Assembly (NCBI GenBank): GCA_003661965.1
Contig: QMXD01000001.1
Location: 1,258-65,257, forward strand
Direction of reading: 5' to 3'
From: Candidatus Hecatellales archaeon
GTDB lineage: Archaea > Thermoproteota > Bathyarchaeia > Hecatellales > Hecatellaceae
Length of the DNA stretch: 64,000 nt
How positions within the stretch are numbered: position 1 is the first letter of the stretch; every line of letters starts with the position of its first letter. The position numbers and the translations under genes are program-made. Positions 9,205 to 16,743 of this stretch are shown piece after piece. The notes under the pieces were generated by a model that saw only the letters and a list, made by a program, of their open reading frames with translations, made no database searches and was not told the DNA's origin.

Positions 9205-9735
9205 TTAGGTTTTTTGGGTTTTTGAACGTTCAAGAAGCTTTTTTAACTCATCCATCCTAGCCTTTACACCCTTAATTTCCTCTTCTAAATCCTTCTTATA
9301 AGCCTCCAACGATGCTAACTCCTCTTCTGGTGTCTGTTGGATTGGTGGATAAGTTGGCATTGGTGGAAACATCATTGGAAACATTGAAGGTTGATTTTGC
9401 TGGGTTGTTGAGGTTTTAGGTGAACTTTTTAACTCTTCTATTCTTCTACGGATCTCCTCAATTTGGCTTTCAAGCATTTTTGCCTGCTGCTCTAAAAACT
9501 GTTTTTCCTGCTCCCTTGTTGGTGCCTGTTGGAAAGGATAGGGAAACGTTGACTGTGGAGCTATAGGCTGGGTGGGAGGCTGTGCTGGTTGGGGTATTAA
9601 ACCGCTTTGAATTAGCCATTGGGCTGTTGGTGGGAGACCTGTTGGAGACCTGCCAAGCCATCCTGGTGAATAGCCAAACCTAAGCCATCCAGGTAAACCT
9701 GTTAAGTAATACATTCTCCTCCAACGGTAACCCAA
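9205..9735 (-). CDS. Pro/Gln-rich low-complexity protein with two coiled-coil segments; in-frame continuation of the upstream Trp-rich ORF
   Basis: TREQEKQFLEQQAKMLESQIEEIRRRIEELKS matches the cluster motif. Same reading frame as 9742-9948, separated only by TGA 9742-9744 plus two codons. Confidence 0.55.
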   Translation of the reverse strand: MGYRWRRMYYLTGLPGWLRFGYSPGWLGRSPTGLPPTAQWLIQSGLIPQPAQPPTQPIAPQSTFPYPFQQAPTREQEKQFLEQQAKMLESQIEEIRRRIEELKSSPKTSTTQQNQPSMFPMMFPPMPTYPPIQQTPEEELASLEAYKKDLEEEIKGVKARMDELKKLLERSKTQKT

Positions 9736-9741
9736 ACTTTC

Positions 9742-9948
9742 TCACCACCATCTAGGTGTATAGTATGGTGTGTATGGTAAGCTTCCTGTGAAAATGTATG
9801 GGGCTAAAAACCACCAACACCATCCTCTACCAAACCACCATCCTGGTCTTTGCCATGGTGGTAGCCAGCTCCATGGACCTCTTCCAGGCCATGGTCCTAT
9901 CCATCCTCCACGTCCTCTACCAAACCAACCCCAAGCCATATTTTTCAC
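9742..9948 (-). CDS. Ultra-Trp/Arg/Gly/Pro-rich small protein, possibly the N-domain of a split gene
   Basis: 68 aa, ~20% Trp (GWWFGRGWCWW, PWSWLPPW). Shares YTPYYT with the 7441-7758 paralog. Ends ...RWW-TGA. Confidence 0.5.
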   Translation of the reverse strand: MKNMAWGWFGRGRGGWIGPWPGRGPWSWLPPWQRPGWWFGRGWCWWFLAPYIFTGSLPYTPYYTPRWW

Positions 9949-9963
9949 CTCTAAAAGAATTTG

Positions 9964-9984
9964 TGCATATGCACATATTTAAGT
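9964..9984. promoter_or_regulatory. Promoter/operator: perfect 12-bp palindrome GTGCATATGCAC next to an AT-rich TATA-like box
   Basis: Minus-strand reading CTTAAATATGTGCATATGCAC. Sits 15 nt upstream of the ATG of 9742-9948, followed by SD GAGGTGA. Confidence 0.5.
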
Positions 9985-9985
9985 T

Positions 9986-10558
9986 TTACTCGCCCCTAAG
10001 CTCCTTAAGCCTCCGTTTAATCTCCTCAAGCTGTTGCTGTAAAATCCTCATCTGATTTTCAAGCATCATAATTTCCTGTTCTTTGTTTGGGGAGGGTGGA
10101 GGTGTTGGTGGGGGTGAGGGTGGAGTCCAACCCATACCCCTACCAAAACCCATACCTCTCCCCATACCCATGCCCATACCTCTACCCATTCCTCTTCCCA
10201 TACCAAAACCTGGACCGAAACCTGGAGCAAAAGCTTCTCTAAGTCTTCCAGCCTTATATGCTTCGATAGCCTCTCTTACAGTGCCAAAAGCTCCAGTAAA
10301 AATTTTTACACCTGCGGACGCTAAAACTTGGTAGGAGTTTGGACCTACATTTCCTGTGATAACAGCTTCAACCCCCTCATTAACGACTGTTTGAGCTGCC
10401 TGTATTCCTGCTCCACTTAAGGCTGAGGCGCTTGTGTTTGGTATTGCCTTAAAACTCATTGTGTCTGTGTCTACGATAATAAAGTATGCACATCTACCAA
10501 ACCTTGGGTCTATTTGGGCATCTAAACTTGGAGCAACAGCGGTTACACACACCTTCAT
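9986..10558 (-). CDS. NifX/NifB-like cofactor-binding domain protein with C-terminal GMGR (RGG-like) repeat, Pro-rich linker and conserved coiled-coil
   Basis: N-terminal 105 aa NifX-like (CVTAVAPS...RFGRCAYFIIVD...VEAVITGNVGPNSY). Followed by GFGPGFGMGRGMGRGMGMGMGRGMGFGRGMG, then PPSPPPTPPPSP, then EQEIMMLENQMRILQQQLEEIKRRLKELRGE. Confidence 0.7.
   Translation of the reverse strand: MKVCVTAVAPSLDAQIDPRFGRCAYFIIVDTDTMSFKAIPNTSASALSGAGIQAAQTVVNEGVEAVITGNVGPNSYQVLASAGVKIFTGAFGTVREAIEAYKAGRLREAFAPGFGPGFGMGRGMGRGMGMGMGRGMGFGRGMGWTPPSPPPTPPPSPNKEQEIMMLENQMRILQQQLEEIKRRLKELRGE
10088..10228 (-). repeat. Degenerate tandem ~9-bp coding repeat (CCCATACCY units on plus strand) encoding the GMGR/Pro-rich region
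   Basis: Visible periodic catacccat/catacctct/cccatgccc units on the plus strand. Confidence 0.6.
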
Positions 10559-10577
10559 TTTTCATACCTATGAAAGA

Positions 10578-10600
10578 GTGCATTTGCACAAAATATAAAG
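10578..10600. promoter_or_regulatory. Promoter/operator: GTGCATTTGCAC palindrome plus TATA-like box
   Basis: Minus-strand reading CTTTATATTTTGTGCAAATGCAC. Sits 19 nt upstream of the ATG of 9986-10558. 18/19 identical to the 7794-7820 site. Confidence 0.55.
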
Positions 10601-10615
10601 GTTGCTAAGAATCTT

Positions 10616-11197
10616 TTAGCTAGGATGGGCTAAAAGCTTTGATTTTCTTATCCCCACATGTCTTAAAGGTGCAATTTTTGTTGCATCGTTATAGATGTCT
10701 GAGGCAAGTTTTCCAAGAACAACCTCATGGGCTAACTGTTCATAGGTTAAATTCTTACTTTTCTCTAAAACTATTCTTTCCATAATTTTTCTAATTGCAG
10801 ACTCTTGGGATGGTTTTAGTCTTCTCCTAGAAAATGCAACAGCATAAACCCTAACCTTAAACCCGTCTTTTGTGGTTGCATCAAAAATACCGTCTATCCT
10901 TGAGCTTCCCCTACGTACAAGACTTCTAAGATACTCTCTTGCATACTCATGACCCTTAAAAATGGTTTCAGCTCTAGCATCCTCAATTTTTACAATCTGA
11001 AAATACATTTTTATGTTCATATGGGAAATGTTTTGTTTTGCGATATCGTATAGGGTTACCTCTACAACCCTACCAACAGCTTTTTCAGGGTCTGTTATAG
11101 GCACTAACGCAATCCCGTGACCTCCAAAGTAGGGTGGGGCATAAACAGTAACCCATGTTTTAAGACGCCACTTATCCCTAACCCTACGGCTTGACAA
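10616..11197 (-). CDS. rps3ae: 30S ribosomal protein S3Ae (eS1)
   Basis: N-terminal RRVRDKWRLKTWVTVYAPPYFGG. 193 aa, archaeal/eukaryotic-only family. Confidence 0.85.
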   Translation of the reverse strand: MSSRRVRDKWRLKTWVTVYAPPYFGGHGIALVPITDPEKAVGRVVEVTLYDIAKQNISHMNIKMYFQIVKIEDARAETIFKGHEYAREYLRSLVRRGSSRIDGIFDATTKDGFKVRVYAVAFSRRRLKPSQESAIRKIMERIVLEKSKNLTYEQLAHEVVLGKLASDIYNDATKIAPLRHVGIRKSKLLAHPS

Positions 11198-11252
11198 TCA
11201 ACCCACCAACAAACCTTAGAATATAATGTAGAAACAAACACCATAAATAAGC

Positions 11253-12878
11253 TTAACTTTCCTCCAAATCCTCTAAAGTTTTTTTAGGCCATAGAAGTGT
11301 TTTTGGAAGCCTGTAGGAGCCAAACTTTTCCCTAACCCTTGAAGGCCAATTTTTAGGGTTAAACCCGTGGTTTGCAAGAAAAGCTGTAACCCAACGTGAG
11401 GAGCCAAGCCCTGTACATCCAGTCCATATAGGTCTATTTTTAACCTCATGGATGCTAAAGTTTTTAACAAATTTGTCTTTATGGACAAAACATCCTGCGA
11501 TTTCAAGCCATTCAGTCTTCTTTCTCTCCCCCCTATAGGGTAAATATATTTCGATGTCGAATGCAGCAACGTTTTTGCTTTCGGTTAGGTCTCCTATTTC
11601 ACCCTCCCTCATGTAGAATGGTGTTGCAGCAACAACCCTCCACTCAAGCTCAAGAATATCGTTTACAACCCTTACCAGCTCATTAACAATAGAGTCTCTA
11701 ACCTCAACAACCTGTTCAGGTGTCCCAATATAGACAAGCTCTATCCTTCTAAACTCTTGAAGTCTAGCTAAACCTTCTACACCACCACCCTCCCAACGGT
11801 AGGTCCAACCAGACCTATCATAAAGCTTGATGGGTAAATCTTCAACCCTTAAAGTTTCATGGCTAAAAAAATACCAGAAAGGTTCACATTGGGCAGGTGC
11901 TAAAACATAGTCAGGCTCCTTAATAATATTTTTTAACATATCCTTTGGAACTGTTTTTGTAACCTTAACTGTTTCCTTAAATTCTGTGAAGGCTTTAGGG
12001 TCTCTTGGTGGAGGACAAACATAATACATACCCTCAGGAATCTCCTCCAAATATCCAGGCATCCTTTGCATAACCTCAAGCGGTATAAGTTTTGGAAGCA
12101 TAAAAGGCTGAAAATCAAGCTTTAAAACAACCTCCTCTAAAAGTATGCTTTCAATAGCGTCAAGAAGCTTAGCATAGGGTGTTGTGTAAATCCATTGCCC
12201 CCTACCAGGAAACTCTTTAATCCATCCAAGCTCTAAAGCAAGTTTTGCAGGGTCTTCCTTAAACTTTTGTATTCTGGATTTCCCCTGTTTAACAACAACT
12301 GTTTGAGGTTGTTGGATGGGTTTAGCTTCACCTTTAAACATCTCTTTTACAACTGAGAAAACTCTGTCAGGAACGTTCTTTTTAAGGTCAGCTTCCTCCA
12401 TAGGCTTTAAAAAAACTGTGACAAGGTTTTCCTGTTTAGCTACATCTTGAACATGGGTTAAACTTTTAATTTTTTCTAGGATTTCTTCTGAAGTTTTAAT
12501 TGGAAACTCAAATTTTATTTCTGGTGTTTCAAGTTTTCTAACACCAATTTTAAAGTTTAACCCTAACTCTTCAGCCAAAATTTTTCTAAACCTTAAAACT
12601 GCTGCTGGTGCTCTAAACCTTAACCCTGAAACTATTTTAACCGTTAAACTATTGTTTTCTATTTTCCAGTCAACTATTTTTGCAGCTTCATCAAGGTTTT
12701 CTCTTGGAACATTTTTAGTAAATATTTCCTTGTTTACCTTTTCAACAAGATTTCCGATAACGTTTTTTAGGTTTTCAGCTTCCTTACTCAGAATAAACTT
12801 TGAGGTTGCCTCTATTCTAGCCTCCCTTTTTTCCAAACCTAAACCACCCTTAAACTTTTCTCGGTAGCCTGTAAACAT
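11253..12878 (-). CDS. serS: Seryl-tRNA synthetase, methanogen-type (divergent class II aaRS)
   Basis: 541 aa. Class-II motif-2-like FRRIE and motif-3-like GLGSSRWVTAFLANHG (compare SerRS G.G..R..vA.LEN). Conserved Cys/Glu candidates for the Zn site. The 40-nt overlap with the upstream gene suggests the true start may lie downstream. Confidence 0.55.
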   Translation of the reverse strand: MFTGYREKFKGGLGLEKREARIEATSKFILSKEAENLKNVIGNLVEKVNKEIFTKNVPRENLDEAAKIVDWKIENNSLTVKIVSGLRFRAPAAVLRFRKILAEELGLNFKIGVRKLETPEIKFEFPIKTSEEILEKIKSLTHVQDVAKQENLVTVFLKPMEEADLKKNVPDRVFSVVKEMFKGEAKPIQQPQTVVVKQGKSRIQKFKEDPAKLALELGWIKEFPGRGQWIYTTPYAKLLDAIESILLEEVVLKLDFQPFMLPKLIPLEVMQRMPGYLEEIPEGMYYVCPPPRDPKAFTEFKETVKVTKTVPKDMLKNIIKEPDYVLAPAQCEPFWYFFSHETLRVEDLPIKLYDRSGWTYRWEGGGVEGLARLQEFRRIELVYIGTPEQVVEVRDSIVNELVRVVNDILELEWRVVAATPFYMREGEIGDLTESKNVAAFDIEIYLPYRGERKKTEWLEIAGCFVHKDKFVKNFSIHEVKNRPIWTGCTGLGSSRWVTAFLANHGFNPKNWPSRVREKFGSYRLPKTLLWPKKTLEDLEES

Positions 12879-13090
12879 ACGATTAAGTCGTTTATTGTGG
12901 AAAGAAACGTTTCAAAACTTTTATTACATTCAACCGTTGAAACAACCATCCTACCCACAGCCATAGTTTTAACTTTTAAACCCTTTGGGGCTGTAAGGTT
13001 GTCTGGAGTGACGCTTAAGGCTATTGCTTTAGCCACCCTAAAATTTTTTGCTTCAAACCTTATTGTTGCTTTAAACCTAGCTTTCCCCAA
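12839..13090 (-). CDS. KEOPS subunit Pcc1-like small protein
   Basis: 83 aa with a pattern resembling the Pcc1 family (AKAIALSVTPDN...SFETFLSTINDLIVCLQATEKSL). Confidence 0.45.
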   Translation of the reverse strand: MGKARFKATIRFEAKNFRVAKAIALSVTPDNLTAPKGLKVKTMAVGRMVVSTVECNKSFETFLSTINDLIVCLQATEKSLRVV

Positions 13091-13132
13091 CCTTGTTTAA
13101 CTAATGTTGGTTGGCTAAGATAAAGTTTAGGT

Positions 13133-14563
13133 TTACCTTTGTAACCCTATCATTTGGCTAACAAACTTCACAAAATTTTCTTCCTCATTAGCTGGTATGG
13201 TTGCTCCAGCAGCAATATTATGTCCTCCACCTTGACCACCAACCTTTTGAGCTGCATTCTGCATTATAACACCAAGGTTTAACCCTTTATCCACAAGAGT
13301 TTGGTTTGCTCTTGCTGAAACCTTTATTCTTCCTCCATCCTCGGTTTTTGTTAAAGCAATTATGGGTTTGTTTGGGTTTAATCCTCCAGAACTTGAAAGT
13401 ATTGTTGCTATTGGGCTAAGAATTCTCTCCTCAACTATCCCATGACACCTTACAAGATACATATTTTCAAACTCAACTATTGTTTGAGGCTTTTCGAAGA
13501 GAAGGCTTATCCTGTGACCTATGGTTTTACGGTATTCGTTAAGAAGGTTTTGAGCCTCGTCTAGGGCTTCTCCCCTATTCCCAAGACATAAAGCAACAGC
13601 CACCCCAGCCCTACCCATCTTTAAACATGCATTCAAAATTGAGGCAAATTCTCTAGCATCCCTTAAAGGAGTCCATTTATTCTCCCTAAGAAAAGTGTAA
13701 ACACAACCAATAAGCTGGAAAATAGCCTCCCCAGAAAAACCTTTTTTTGAAAGGTAGATTGTAAGCTCAGAAAAAATTTTTTGTTTTTCCTCATGGGTTA
13801 GGTCTGCCACCGAACGCCAATGGTCATCCTTTTTTAATGGTATGCCAAGGTTTACAATAAACCCTAAACACACATCCTCCTCCCCACTCAAACCTGGAAT
13901 AAACGGGTTCATTGTTGTTGCTATAGCCTTATGGATAGGTCTTGTTTCCCTCCCATAGAAAAGTAGGTCTGTGGTTACTTCAACAAGCCCTCTTTTTTCA
14001 GCCTCCTCAACTATCTGTTTGTTTAGGCTTTCTAAACACCTATTTCCTGTTCTGTCTTGTAGGTCTCCAAGAGCACCAACAATAGCTAAACATGACTGGT
14101 CAAGGTTTTCTTCACCCATGTTTTTAGCGACAAAATAGCATACACCAGAACCGCTAATCTCTTTTGCACCGTCTATTCCGTGGAGCATAGGGTTTACATG
14201 GGTAAGGTTTGGATAGGATACCTCTAAAGGTCTATGATGGTCTATAACAAGAATTTTTGTCTGCTCTGAAAGAGGCTTTAAAAGGTCTAGATAACCACTC
14301 CCTATTTCAGCAAAAACATAAAAGTTTGAGGGGATTTTCCTAACTTCGTTAACGGTTTTTTCGTCTATACGGTCTATAACCCTTAAAAGAAAATCTCCCC
14401 CAGCCCTATAAACAGCCTTAGCCAAAATAGAACCTGCAGTAACACCGTCAGGGTCGTTATGGCAAAAGATGGGGATAAATCCATCTTTTTCCACATGTTC
14501 TAAGATTTCTTTTGCAGCAGTCTTACAATCCTCAAAAAAACCCTTAACATCTTTACCGTTCAT
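13133..14563 (-). CDS. DHH-family phosphoesterase, archaeal RecJ/GAN (Cdc45-like) nuclease
   Basis: DHH motif region (HNDPDG, DHH) and DHHA1 GGGHNIAAGA near the C-terminus. 476 aa. Confidence 0.75.
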   Translation of the reverse strand: MNGKDVKGFFEDCKTAAKEILEHVEKDGFIPIFCHNDPDGVTAGSILAKAVYRAGGDFLLRVIDRIDEKTVNEVRKIPSNFYVFAEIGSGYLDLLKPLSEQTKILVIDHHRPLEVSYPNLTHVNPMLHGIDGAKEISGSGVCYFVAKNMGEENLDQSCLAIVGALGDLQDRTGNRCLESLNKQIVEEAEKRGLVEVTTDLLFYGRETRPIHKAIATTMNPFIPGLSGEEDVCLGFIVNLGIPLKKDDHWRSVADLTHEEKQKIFSELTIYLSKKGFSGEAIFQLIGCVYTFLRENKWTPLRDAREFASILNACLKMGRAGVAVALCLGNRGEALDEAQNLLNEYRKTIGHRISLLFEKPQTIVEFENMYLVRCHGIVEERILSPIATILSSSGGLNPNKPIIALTKTEDGGRIKVSARANQTLVDKGLNLGVIMQNAAQKVGGQGGGHNIAAGATIPANEEENFVKFVSQMIGLQR

Positions 14564-14582
14564 AAACCAAGCCTAAAACATT

Positions 14583-15032
14583 TTACATAAACGAGCCTAC
14601 CAAAGGCTCATACTTCCAGTCTGGTGGAAGAACTCCCTCCCTCTTATAATACTCTGAAAGCCTATGAATCTTTGACTCTAAAAGTTGTAGGTTATGAATA
14701 TTCCTTTTGTCACCCCTATTCTTCTCTAAATGTTTAGCCATCCTTTTTGCTTTCTGGAGTAAAGCATCCAAATCCTCAGGAATTTTTGGGGCTAAACCGT
14801 TTTCTTTAAGTATTTGGGTTATGCTTTTACCTATTATTGGTTTAACAAGCGGTATACCATATTGGTCTCTAAGAATCTGCCCTATCATTGATGGGGTTTG
14901 CCCCTCTCTTGCAAGCTTCACAACTAAAGCTTCAACCTCTTCAGGTCTATAGGTACACCATGATGGAGGTCTCTTACTTACAGGTCTTGTTGAATGGGAT
15001 TTACCTTTTTTGTGGGAGTGGATTCTTGCCAG
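14583..15032 (-). CDS. rps15: 30S ribosomal protein S15 (uS15, archaeal S13e type) with non-AUG (CTG) start
   Basis: The ORF-track start (GTG 14921) omits 37 in-frame conserved residues, [25 protein letters not shown]..., which align to archaeal MARMHARKRGKS. A TAA lies directly before the CTG at 15030-15032. Confidence 0.7.
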   Translation of the reverse strand: MARIHSHKKGKSHSTRPVSKRPPSWCTYRPEEVEALVVKLAREGQTPSMIGQILRDQYGIPLVKPIIGKSITQILKENGLAPKIPEDLDALLQKAKRMAKHLEKNRGDKRNIHNLQLLESKIHRLSEYYKREGVLPPDWKYEPLVGSFM

Positions 15033-15137
15033 TTAACTCACCCTTAAACCTATATCTTTAAAGAATGAAGAAACCGTTAACATATAAGATTTTTTGTTAG
15101 CAGACCCTAACCCTAACCCATATTTATTAGTGTTATT

Positions 15138-15857
15138 TTGACTAGGTTTAGTGTGTTGGGTGGTTTTTTGGAGGTTAAAGTTTTAGCAACAAATGTTGAT
15201 GGAACCTTAACAGACCCAGAGTATAAGCTTTCGTTGGAGGCTATTAAGTATGTAAGAATTCTTGAGGAGAAGGGTTTACCTGTTATCCTTGTTTCAGGTA
15301 ACACTCTTTGCACCCTCAAAACCCTACAACGTTATATTGGTTGTAGTGGTGCTCTGGTTGCTGAAAACGGTGCTGTTGTAGAATATAAGGGTAAGCTAAA
15401 AATTCTTGGAAATGGTATGGAGGCAAGAAAGGCTCTAGAAAAGCTTAAAGAAAAATTTGGAAGCCTAATCGTTGAAAGCTGGACAAACCCTTATAGGTAT
15501 GTTGACATAGCCCTTCAAAGAACACTAGAGAAAGACAAAATTCTTGATGTTGTTCTTGGTTTTTCAGGTTTAAAACTTTTGGATAGCGGTTTTGCATATC
15601 ACCTACTAGACAAAAACGTTGATAAGGGTAAAGGGTTGAAGGTTGCTGTTCAGCTTATGGGTTTTAGGCTTGAAGAGGTTGCTGTTGTTGGGGATAGTGA
15701 AACAGACATAGAAATGTTTAAGGTTGCAGGCTTAAAATTCGCCCCAGCAAACTCACCACAAAACCTTAAAAACATAGCTAACCATGTAACATCCAAAAAC
15801 GGTGGTGAAGGTTTTGTTGAAGCCACAAAAATAATCCTTGGTGAAAAGACAGGTTAA
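15138..15857 (+). CDS. HAD-superfamily hydrolase, phosphoglycolate phosphatase-like (archaeal PGP/Cof type)
   Basis: VDGTLT motif I, GDSETD motif IV. Start ambiguous (TTG/GTG candidates 15138-15170). Confidence 0.65.
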   Translation: MTRFSVLGGFLEVKVLATNVDGTLTDPEYKLSLEAIKYVRILEEKGLPVILVSGNTLCTLKTLQRYIGCSGALVAENGAVVEYKGKLKILGNGMEARKALEKLKEKFGSLIVESWTNPYRYVDIALQRTLEKDKILDVVLGFSGLKLLDSGFAYHLLDKNVDKGKGLKVAVQLMGFRLEEVAVVGDSETDIEMFKVAGLKFAPANSPQNLKNIANHVTSKNGGEGFVEATKIILGEKTG

Positions 15858-15864
15858 CTGTTAG

Positions 15865-16743
15865 CTAAGGTTTAAACTCGATTTTTCTTCTACTCATTAG
15901 GAGTCTAAGCTCCTCAAAGGTTAGTTTTCCACCTTTACCAAGCTTTTCTTCAGCACTCCTAACAATTTTTTCACTAGCCTCTATAGCCTTCCTAATTCTA
16001 GCCTCCTCAACCATCTCCCTTAACCTTTCCTCAAGCCTTCTTTTTCTATTGGAAGCTTCAACAATCCTTCTATGTAAACTGTTTTCTTCACCCTTTAACA
16101 GGGAAATCTTCTGTCTAAAACCCTTAATTTCACCTTTCAACTCGTCTCTTCGTCTTAAAAACTCAACCATTTTTTCGTGTGCTTTACGGCTTTCCTCAAC
16201 CAAACCTGAAATCTTCTCTCTTAAATTGTCCACCTGCCTTTTTAAAGACTCAATCTCCATGCTTTCTCTTCTAAGTTCCTCCTCCCTAACCTCAATTTGA
16301 CTGTGAATTTGAAGCTCTTTTTCTAAAAACTTAATTTTTTCCATTAGGGCTTTTTCTTCTGTGGGTGTTAGATGGGTTACCTGAATTTTCCACTCTAAAT
16401 CTTCAAACACTTTTTTAGCGGTGTCTTTACCAGTAAAAACCTTTTTTCTAAAATCAGAAATTTCGTTTCGTAGTTTTTTACACTTTTCAATTCTTTCAAA
16501 AATTTCCTCTTTAAAAGTTTTAATCTTGTCTTTTAGCCCTTTAACTTCTTGGTTTATCTTGTCCCTTTGGCTTCTATACTCCTCTATTTTTCTTTTACAC
16601 TCCAAAATTTTTTCTTTAACCTTTTGTTCTTCACTAAGCCACCTTTTAATGTCGTTGGTTAGGGAGTCTCTCTTCTTTTTAAGTTCAAAAATTTCGTTTT
16701 CTAACGCCAAGATTTGGCTTCTTAGTTTTTCTTCCTCAGCCAT
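15865..16743 (-). CDS. Long coiled-coil protein (K/E/R-rich, 292 aa), function unknown
   Basis: Continuous heptad-like charged sequence with no recognisable globular domain. Confidence 0.5.
   Translation of the reverse strand: MAEEEKLRSQILALENEIFELKKKRDSLTNDIKRWLSEEQKVKEKILECKRKIEEYRSQRDKINQEVKGLKDKIKTFKEEIFERIEKCKKLRNEISDFRKKVFTGKDTAKKVFEDLEWKIQVTHLTPTEEKALMEKIKFLEKELQIHSQIEVREEELRRESMEIESLKRQVDNLREKISGLVEESRKAHEKMVEFLRRRDELKGEIKGFRQKISLLKGEENSLHRRIVEASNRKRRLEERLREMVEEARIRKAIEASEKIVRSAEEKLGKGGKLTFEELRLLMSRRKIEFKP

Noticed and set aside
9770-10055. Plus-strand His/Pro-rich ORFs opposite the second Trp-rich gene
   Set aside because: Antisense low-complexity artefacts of the Trp/Gly/Pro codon repeats.
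10083-10334. Plus-strand ORF encoding PIPLPIPMPIP repeats
   Set aside because: It is the antisense reading of the GMGR/Pro-rich repeat of the NifX-like gene 9986-10558, which has a clear N-terminal domain, an RBS and the operator promoter. The repeat periodicity creates the open antisense frame.
15100-15116. ACCCTAACCCTAACCC telomere-like (CCCTAA)2.5 repeat in the S15 / HAD intergenic region
   Set aside because: Only 2.5 units and not a tandem array. It probably occurs by chance in a genome where CCTAA/AACCC words are frequent.
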